Below, piece after piece: positions 10,280-16,207 of a stretch of DNA of 64,000 bases. The notes under the pieces are model-generated. The model searched no databases. It had not been told where the DNA came from and saw nothing but the letters and a program-made list of their open reading frames with translations. The position numbers and the translations under genes were made by a program. The DNA comes from a virus (Duplodnaviria; Caudoviricetes): the IMG/VR virus record IMGVR_UViG_2974674860_000001, positions 26,491-90,490 of that record. One strand, 5' to 3'. Positions within the stretch are counted from its first letter, which is position 1. Every line of letters begins with the position of its first letter.

Positions 10280-10431
10280 GATGGTGGATGCTTCACTCTG
10301 GTGCTGCCTACTCTGTTCGCGTCCTGCAGATGTTGATCGCGGACGGCCATGGTGGGCCTCGTGTGCGCATCGTCCTCCTTTCGTGTTTGCGAATGTCGGC
10401 GCGGGGTTGATGGTGGGCTTCTGGCGTTCAC
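10273..10431 (-). CDS. mini-ORF 3, MNARSPPSTPRR...KHPPST (52 aa)
   Basis: AAAGGAGAAGCC before GTG 10431. The stop lies inside the 5' arm of the leader hairpin. Confidence 0.5.
   Translation of the reverse strand: MNARSPPSTPRRHSQTRKEDDAHTRPTMAVRDQHLQDANRVGSTRVKHPPST
10308..10370 (-). CDS. mini-ORF 4, MRTRGPPWPSAINICRTRTE
   Basis: AAGGAGGACG directly before ATG 10370; TAG 10308-10310. Confidence 0.55.
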   Translation of the reverse strand: MRTRGPPWPSAINICRTRTE

Positions 10432-10452
10432 GGCTTCTCCTTTCGATCGATG

Positions 10453-10491
10453 TCAAGTTCGGGGCGTGTCTGGTGGGCCTCGGGTGTTCAT
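10453..10491 (-). CDS. mini-ORF 2, MNTRGPPDTPRT
   Basis: AAGGAGAGC directly before ATG 10491; TGA 10453-10455. Confidence 0.6.
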   Translation of the reverse strand: MNTRGPPDTPRT

Positions 10492-10508
10492 GCTCTCCTT
10501 TCTCCTGA

Positions 10509-10550
10509 TCACAATCTGATTGGTGATGGTGGGCCTCTGCTGGAGGTCAT
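10509..10550 (-). CDS. mini-ORF 1, MTSSRGPPSPIRL
   Basis: AAAGGAGAAG directly before ATG 10550; TGA 10509-10511. Confidence 0.6.
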   Translation of the reverse strand: MTSSRGPPSPIRL

Positions 10551-10592
10551 CTTCTCCTTTGTTAGTTTCTGTGTTGCGCGGCTTGTGAGACA

Positions 10593-10621
10593 ACAATAAG
10601 TCACCAATTCGAGACGCGCAA
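10593..10621 (-). promoter_or_regulatory. SigA-like promoter for the mini-ORF/lsr2 transcript
   Basis: TTGCGC (10621-10616), 17-bp spacer, TATTGT (10598-10593). The -35 lies within a copy of the operator-like repeat. Confidence 0.6.
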
Positions 10622-10769
10622 CAGTTGAGTGCACATTTGTCCTCCGTTCATTGGACGTCAACGTGAGAGTTGCCACCCGAATAGCGCCCCTAGCTGCACT
10701 GTTGCGTGTCTCGTACGTGTTAGTGTTACCGTCATCACCGCCCAAAGTTCACCGACGAGAGGAGCCCAC

Positions 10770-11063
10770 TTGAGCAAGAAGCGTGCGATTGAAAACCTCA
10801 GCGACACCGAGGTATACGCAGGATTCGAGGCCGTCCTGACCTGGATGGGGGCCGCCGAGAACGCGGTGCGCATGCTCGACGCATTCGGCGAGAACGCTGC
10901 AGCCGAGCGGGTCGAAGCGGTCCTCGACAAGCTCGACACCGTCATCAACAACGCGATCGACGGAGTACCCAACAGCACCCCGATCAAGGACGACCCGAAT
11001 CAGATCACCCTGATTCAGCCAGCCGACATCGTTCATCTCGCGTCACGGAAGGGCAATCGCTGA
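10770..11063 (+). CDS. hypothetical protein
   Basis: TTG with GAGGAG RBS, downstream of the motif at 10700. Confidence 0.6.
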   Translation: MSKKRAIENLSDTEVYAGFEAVLTWMGAAENAVRMLDAFGENAAAERVEAVLDKLDTVINNAIDGVPNSTPIKDDPNQITLIQPADIVHLASRKGNR

Positions 11064-11208
11064 GACCCCTGTCGATAGGGCCGATCACCAACATCTTCAC
11101 GCCCGACGAGAAGACCCGACTCGGCCGGTGCCAGATCTGCGAATGGCACCTCAAGAAGCAGGGGCACCACCCCGACTGTCCATCCCAGAAACGAAAGCGA
11201 GGTCGACG

Positions 11209-11409
11209 ATGAAGCACATCCCCCTGCGACCACCCACGCCCGGCGAGGCCATGTCCGCGGCGATCACGCTCATCCGCCTCGCTGAGTACGAGGGCAGCTA
11301 CCAGAACGAGTCTCGCGAGTTCAGCGCGAAATACCTCGGCGAATGGGCTGACAACCGCCGGGCCGAGCTTCGAGACGAGGAGGCCGCCGGTGTCGACAAC
11401 CACGCTTGA
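11209..11409 (+). CDS. hypothetical protein
   Basis: ATG 11209 with GAGG RBS; overlaps the xseA start. Confidence 0.5.
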   Translation: MKHIPLRPPTPGEAMSAAITLIRLAEYEGSYQNESREFSAKYLGEWADNRRAELRDEEAAGVDNHA

Positions 11410-12709
11410 TACCCCGATCCGCGTCAAGGAACTCAACACCAAGATCGGTGCCTGGATCTCCCGCCTCGGCCACATCCATGTCGAAGGCCAGGTCACCCAG
11501 ATCAACCGGCGACCAGGCGCGCACACCGCATTCCTGACGCTCCGCGACCCCCAGGCGGCGGCCTCCGTGTCCGTCACTGCGTCGCCAGGGAAGATCCCGG
11601 CCGAACTCACCGACGGCGACAGCGTCGTCGTCTTCGGCAAGCCATCGTTCTGGCAGGGCCGCGGCAACCTTTCCCTGCGTGCGAGCGAGATCCACCAGGT
11701 CGGCGAGGGTGACCTCCTGCGCCGCATCGCACTCTTCCGCCAATCGCTGGCCGGCGAGGGCGCACTGCGACCCGAGTTGAAGAAGCGCCTGCCGATGCTC
11801 CCACGCCGGATCGGCCTCATCACCGGCGCAGAGTCCGCCGCCGAGCGTGACGTCCTGAGTGTCGCCAAGCAGCGATGGGCCGCCGCCGACTTCTGCGTCA
11901 TCAACACCCCTGTCCAGGGCCCGTCGACGTCCCGCGAGGTTGCCCGAGCGATCAAGGCGCTCGACGACCAGGACGACATCGACGTCATCATCATCGCCCG
12001 CGGCGGTGGCAGCGTCGAAGACCTCCTGCCCTTCTCCAGTGAGCAGATCATCCGCGCAGTGATGATGTGCGAAACCCCGGTCATCTCTGCAATCGGCCAC
12101 GAGCCCGACAATCCGGTGCTCGACGACGTCGCCGACTTCCGTGCAGCCACCCCGACCGACGCCGCGAAGAACGTCGTCCCCGACGCCATGGTCGAGGTCG
12201 CCGGCCTACTCACCGTCGGCGAGTCCCTCGCCTCGGCATTCGCTCGCAACGTCGAGCGCGAGGTCACGGGACTGCATTCCATGGAAGCCCGAGTGAACGG
12301 GCTCGGCGGTCAGATCCTCGCCCGCGAACGATCCACCTTCAACGGCTGGCGCAGTCAGTTCGACCTGACCATGGCCCACTCACTCCAGTCGGAGCGGAAC
12401 TCGCTCCTGTCGTTCTCCAATGCCATCCGCTACGCCAATCCCGGCTCGCGGATCGAGAACGAGTATGTGGCCATCGCAGCCCTTGGAGACCACCTCGAAG
12501 CAGTCTCTCCGAAGGCCGTCATGGAGCGCGGATTCGCGATCGTCACCAACGCACGAACGGGTGACGTGATCACCACTGGCAGTCAGATCTCCGGCGGCAC
12601 AAGCCTGACCATCACCTTCGCCGACGGCAGCACCAGGGACGTCATGGCACTCGCACTGCCCCACTCATCGGTGGGGATCAAACAACCCGAAGGGACCGAA
12701 GCACAGTGA
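11390..12709 (+). CDS. xseA: exodeoxyribonuclease VII large subunit
   Basis: OB fold (HVEGQVTQ...FLTLRD), RRIGLIT, DVIIIARGGGSVEDL, ISAIGHEPD, DFRAATPTDAA. Confidence 0.95.
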   Translation: MSTTTLDTPIRVKELNTKIGAWISRLGHIHVEGQVTQINRRPGAHTAFLTLRDPQAAASVSVTASPGKIPAELTDGDSVVVFGKPSFWQGRGNLSLRASEIHQVGEGDLLRRIALFRQSLAGEGALRPELKKRLPMLPRRIGLITGAESAAERDVLSVAKQRWAAADFCVINTPVQGPSTSREVARAIKALDDQDDIDVIIIARGGGSVEDLLPFSSEQIIRAVMMCETPVISAIGHEPDNPVLDDVADFRAATPTDAAKNVVPDAMVEVAGLLTVGESLASAFARNVEREVTGLHSMEARVNGLGGQILARERSTFNGWRSQFDLTMAHSLQSERNSLLSFSNAIRYANPGSRIENEYVAIAALGDHLEAVSPKAVMERGFAIVTNARTGDVITTGSQISGGTSLTITFADGSTRDVMALALPHSSVGIKQPEGTEAQ

Positions 12710-12882
12710 CCTACGAAGAGAAGAAGGCCGAGCTGAACGGCCTCGTCCAGAAGATCGAGAAAGGCGGGCTCACCCTCGACGAGCAGCTCGAACTCTGGAA
12801 CCGCGGCAAGGAACTCATCGACGAGCTGGAGAAGATGCTCGGCACCTACGAGGACCGGATCAAGGAAGGGCACGCCGCGTGA
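12706..12882 (+). CDS. xseB: exodeoxyribonuclease VII small subunit (58 aa, not in ORF track)
   Basis: MTYEEKKAELNGLVQKIEKGGLTLDEQLELWNRGKELIDELEKML matches the XseB pattern; GTGA overlap with xseA. Confidence 0.9.
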   Translation: MTYEEKKAELNGLVQKIEKGGLTLDEQLELWNRGKELIDELEKMLGTYEDRIKEGHAA

Positions 12883-13181
12883 CGGCCGCCCCAACCGGCC
12901 TGAACGTCGAAGAGGCTCGTCAGCGTCTCAACGACCTGGTCTTCAACCAGCTCGACATGCACACCGTCCTCGATGTCATTGTCGAGCACAAGCGGGCACT
13001 CGACGAGATCGAGCAACTGCGACTCAGCTCCAGGTCCCGAGCCCTCGACTATGAGGACACCGTCCAGCATCTGACCCGCAAGCTCGATGAGATTGCCGAC
13101 ATCAGCCGAAGTGCACGTGGGATGGACTCGTATGGCCGTGGCGTGCAGCTCAGTCGAATCGCAGAGCTGGCGACCGTATGA
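12879..13181 (+). CDS. hypothetical coiled-coil protein
   Basis: Four-base start/stop overlaps on both sides. Confidence 0.6.
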   Translation: MTAAPTGLNVEEARQRLNDLVFNQLDMHTVLDVIVEHKRALDEIEQLRLSSRSRALDYEDTVQHLTRKLDEIADISRSARGMDSYGRGVQLSRIAELATV

Positions 13182-13573
13182 AGCGCATCCTGATCACCGG
13201 CGGCCGCGACTGGACCGACGTCACCCGAATCGGCTGGGCCCTCCGCGACCTCTGGATCGACTGGGGCGAGCCGACAGACGCAATCCTCGTTGAAGGCGAG
13301 TGTCCCCACGGCGGTGCAGACATCATCGCCCGCGACGTCTGGCTCAGCAGGGGGTACCCGGTAGAGCGTGTGCCCGCCAACTGGAAAGAACTCGGCAAGG
13401 CTGCGGGCCCGTACCGCAATCAGCTGATGGTGGACCGCGGCGCCGACATGTGCCTCGCCTTCCCGACCGCCAAGTCCCGCGGCACCTGGGACTGCGTTCG
13501 CCGAGCACGCGATGCCGGCATCCCCATTCGGATCTATCACGCCGACGGCACCTATGAAGAGGAGTACCCATGA
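13178..13573 (+). CDS. SLOG-family (YspA/DUF2493-like) protein
   Basis: ILITGGRDW, HGGAD, ANW...GKAAGPYRNQLMV, SRGTWDCV. Confidence 0.85.
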   Translation: MKRILITGGRDWTDVTRIGWALRDLWIDWGEPTDAILVEGECPHGGADIIARDVWLSRGYPVERVPANWKELGKAAGPYRNQLMVDRGADMCLAFPTAKSRGTWDCVRRARDAGIPIRIYHADGTYEEEYP

Positions 13574-14441
13574 TCAACCCCGAGGACCTCAAGAGCGGCA
13601 CCATCCACGAACTCTCGTCCGCGCTGGCCGACATTGACAGTCTCGCCCAGCTGGCGGTCGAAAGCCTCGACGGCGAGATCGAGCACCTCGCCGAGATCGC
13701 CTACGCCGCGGTGGACGAGCTACAGGATGCAATCCAGGCTCGGCGGTCATGAGCGGCCACGTGAGGAGCGGGAAGGGCCGACCATGCCCCACCCCGAGCA
13801 AGACCGTCTACGGCAGCGGCTACGAGGCAGAGCGGGCCATGTACAAGATGTGGCGGGCCGGACGGGCTCGGCGCGGGAACAAACTCCCGAGCCGAACCTA
13901 CCGATGCCCCTGTGGGAAGTGGCATCTCACGTCCAAGCCGAAGCGCGATCGAGTCCAGGTCAACGAGGGGAACTATGTCCGTCAGTAGAGATCACCTGGT
14001 CGACATGATCGGCTCGACCGCCCCGGGTGAGATGATCGATCTGAACATCGCAATCAGCGGCTGTGACGACACCACTGAGTTCACATTCGCCTGCCACCTC
14101 GGCGCGGCGGTGTGGATCGCCGAGATGGCCGAACGCAGTCAAGCGGAGTCCGAGTACAACTGTCAGCCACGCATCATCGTCAGAAGCGCGAAGCTGCAGT
14201 GACCAGCGACAAGGAGAGGCGACCCCACCAGCCCGTCGTGGCGACCTGGGAGAACCCCTGCTTCCCGCCGGCGGACCGCCCGGTAGAGATCCCCTACATC
14301 TACCGGGCGCCCGACACGGGCTGGCTGGATGACCAGATCGCCGAGCTGCGCCGCCTGATGCCCGACCGAGGTGCGCTCGCCGACGCAGTCAGGGCGGCGA
14401 AGGAGGCCTGGGCGCGTGCCGGTGGATTCACCTCCTTCTGA
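13570..14441 (+). other. four small hypothetical genes (13570-13752, 13749-13988, 13975-14202, 14199-14441)
   Basis: Consecutive overlapping start/stop codons. The second has a CP...YRCPCGKWHLT zinc-ribbon-like motif. Confidence 0.6.
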
Positions 14442-14460
14442 CCCTGCGACGTCGCAGGCC

Positions 14461-14880
14461 GTGAAGCGGTGTGGCCGGTGCAAGATCGACCGACCGGTGA
14501 CCGCGTTCCACAAGAACAGGTCGACCAAGGATGGACTCCAGAAGTCGTGCAAATCGTGCGTCAAGGAGATCAACCGGACGTACTACCTCAGCTCGCCCCA
14601 GAAGAGCGGTGATCGACTCCGTAGCCGCAACAGGGCTAGATGGGCAGCGCGACTCGTCGTGCGTGCATTCAAGGCGTCCCACTCGTGCGTCGACTGCGGA
14701 CTCAGGGATCGGGTCGTCATGGAGTTCGACCATGTCCGCGGTGAAAAGCTCGGCGACCTTTCCAGAATGGCAAATGACGGATTCGGCGTCGAAAAGATTC
14801 TCGCGGAAATAGCGAAATGCGACCTGGTTTGTGCGAATTGCCACCGGCGCAGAACGGCCAGTCGGGCGGGCTGGAGATAG
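14461..14880 (+). CDS. HNH endonuclease
   Basis: CGRC...CKSC zinc finger, then CVDC...EFDHVRG...CANCHRRR. Confidence 0.85.
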   Translation: MKRCGRCKIDRPVTAFHKNRSTKDGLQKSCKSCVKEINRTYYLSSPQKSGDRLRSRNRARWAARLVVRAFKASHSCVDCGLRDRVVMEFDHVRGEKLGDLSRMANDGFGVEKILAEIAKCDLVCANCHRRRTASRAGWR

Positions 14881-14894
14881 GGGATAGGAATCGA

Positions 14895-15277
14895 ATGCCG
14901 GGAATGATGCACCACAATTGCAGCCGCGGTTGTTGCCTGCGCGGATCTCGGCGGATCGACTACGAGGAGGTTCGCCGCCAGATCGAGGACGAGCTGCACG
15001 GACTGCCCGAGGTCGACCTGACCCTCTGCCCGATCCTCAATATCAGATGTCCCGACGACTGTGCGGGCGACTACTGCTAGGAGATGCGTTGAAAGACAGC
15101 ACAATCGGGGAGTACACCTACAACCAGGTCCCCATCAGTGCACGGGAGATTGTTTCCGAGCGGCTGTACCACCAGGTGGGCATGCAGCGCGGGTACGCCA
15201 TCGAGGTGGCCGGCAAAATCGTCGAGGACCTGGGCCGATGGTTCGACCTGCAGCCCGACCCGCCATTCCGCCGATAG
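14895..15277 (+). other. two small hypothetical genes (14895-15080, 15089-15277)
   Basis: ATG 14895 and TTG 15089, each with an RBS-like GGA(G). Confidence 0.5.
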
Positions 15278-15293
15278 CCCCCCCGGGCGCCAC

Positions 15294-15326
15294 GAAGGCC
15301 CCCCGTCATTGCGACGGGGGGCCTTC
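15294..15326. terminator. bidirectional hairpin between the rightward operon and the tRNA 3' end
   Basis: GAAGGCCCCCCGTC-ATTGC-GACGGGGGGCCTTC, a 14-bp perfect stem. Confidence 0.8.
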
Positions 15327-15330
15327 TGCG

Positions 15331-15641
15331 TGCCCCCTCGGAGTTTCGATCTCCGCACCCGCGGATTAACTGTCCCACTTCGACTTTCGCCGCCGCAGTG
15401 CTCTGCGTTCGTGGTCTGGACTATCCCTTGACCGTAGGCTCGCGCCCGTAGGTCCGACCCGTCTAGTCTCTACACCTTCCGCCAGGCTGGCTGCCTGGCG
15501 ACTTGGCTCGGGATTGCCAGCTGGCCGGGGCGGGCCAGGGGAGGGTTCCCCGAGTTTGAGTCGTGCCATCCGGTCGGTTTCCCGGCCGGCGCTCCTATTT
15601 GGTTGTGAAGTCCGCTGCTCTTCCGAATGAGCTAAGGGGGC
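15331..15641 (-). tRNA. tRNA-Lys(UUU) interrupted by a group I intron (exon 1 15641-15608, exon 2 15369-15331)
   Basis: Exon 1 GCCCCCT-TA-GCTC-ATTCGGAA-GAGC-A-GCGGA-CTT. Exon 2 TTAA-TCCGC-GGGTG-CGGAG-ATCGAAA-CTCCG-AGGGGGC-A. Joined, they give a 73-nt cloverleaf with loop CU-UUU-AA, a perfect 7-bp acceptor stem and A73. CCA is not encoded. Confidence 0.9.
15370..15607 (-). ncRNA. group I self-splicing intron, 238 nt, IC3/Azoarcus-like, no endonuclease ORF
   Basis: Conserved elements P (AAACTCGGGGAA), Q (GGCAATCCCGAGCCAAG), R (GAAGGTGTAGAGACTAGACGG) and S (AAGGGATAGTCCAG). P7 GACTA/TAGTC, P3 CGACTC/GGGTCG, P2 and P9 GAAA tetraloops, P5 CTGGCC/GGCCAG, P6a CGCCAGGC/GCCTGGCG. Terminal G at 15370; P1 exon CUU pairs with IGS GAG via U.G. 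Confidence 0.92.
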
Positions 15642-15648
15642 GGGTCAG

Positions 15649-15657
15649 AGACTAGCA
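15649..15657 (-). promoter_or_regulatory. extended -10 promoter for the tRNA
   Basis: TGc-TAGTCT ends 7 nt before tRNA G1. Confidence 0.45.
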
Positions 15658-15727
15658 GGTGGGCGGCGGTGCGACCCAGCCGCGGCCCTCCTGCTCTAGC
15701 CCTCAGTTCACGCACACCCACTTCGCG

Positions 15728-15925
15728 TATGCGGACTGTAAACGGACTCGGTTTCCGAAACCTGCGCTGAGCTGGGGTTTTATGGGGTGGCTCTGCGGAT
15801 TAAAAGTCCGTAGAATGGACCATGCACACGCTGCATCTTTGAGTCAAATGCGCAGGTCAGAGGCCATCATGTAGACTCAAGGTAGTCCAAGATCCCCCTT
15901 GGATAAACGGACAGATAAACGGACT
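15728..15925. mobile_element. attP: attP: core about 15793-15813 flanked by arm-type sites
   Basis: The core on the minus strand reads CTACGGACTTTTAATCCGCAG (tRNA-Lys(UUU) anticodon arm). Direct repeats TATGCGGACT 15728, TAAACGGACT 15739, TAAACGGACA 15904 and TAAACGGACT 15916 flank it. It lies just upstream of the integrase. Confidence 0.85.
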
Positions 15926-16207
15926 CGACGGACGGAGCCCCGCGATGCAGGTTCAGACCCACCTCAACCCCTCCACTCGTCGATGCCGGGCGACGGCGCT
16001 CGCCGCCGACCGCGAGCCTGTGCTCGCTGGTGCCGATCGGCCCGACCTTCCGTCCTGGATTGCGCAGCCGGCGATTGTGCGTCAATGCGGAGGGCCCGCT
16101 GGACACTCGGGGGATCACGAATCTCACTGGAATGGGAAGCCGTTTCTCTGGCCCAATTCGAGCTACTGATTCCACTCACCTCAAGATTGCATTCAGGAGA
16201 CTTAACA

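Noticed and set aside
10273-10560. Mini-ORF array as arbitrium-like signalling peptides or a CRISPR array
   Set aside because: There are no signal peptides or adjacent TPR receptor. The repeats are short and degenerate, with no cas genes and no repeat-spacer architecture.
10226-10745. ORF-track ORFs 10226-10456, 10257-10508 and 10509-10745 as genes
   Set aside because: They lack RBSs at their starts, one begins upstream of the predicted promoter, and the region is better explained by the SD-led mini-ORFs.
15366-15569. 67-aa ORF inside the intron as a homing endonuclease
   Set aside because: It runs across the conserved catalytic core, is too short, and has no LAGLIDADG, HNH or GIY-YIG motif.
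15331-15641. Alternative reading as tRNA-Asn(GUU), with exon 1 ending CU and exon 2 starting GUUAA
   Set aside because: The intron would then end in A rather than the obligatory terminal G. P1 and P10 fit a splice after U34, A73 suits Lys rather than Asn (G73), and the attP core carries UUU.
15899-16207. 103-aa N-terminal extension of the integrase in the ORF track
   Set aside because: It overlaps the attP arm sites, is low-complexity and has no RBS. ATG 16208 has a good RBS and starts the arm-binding domain.
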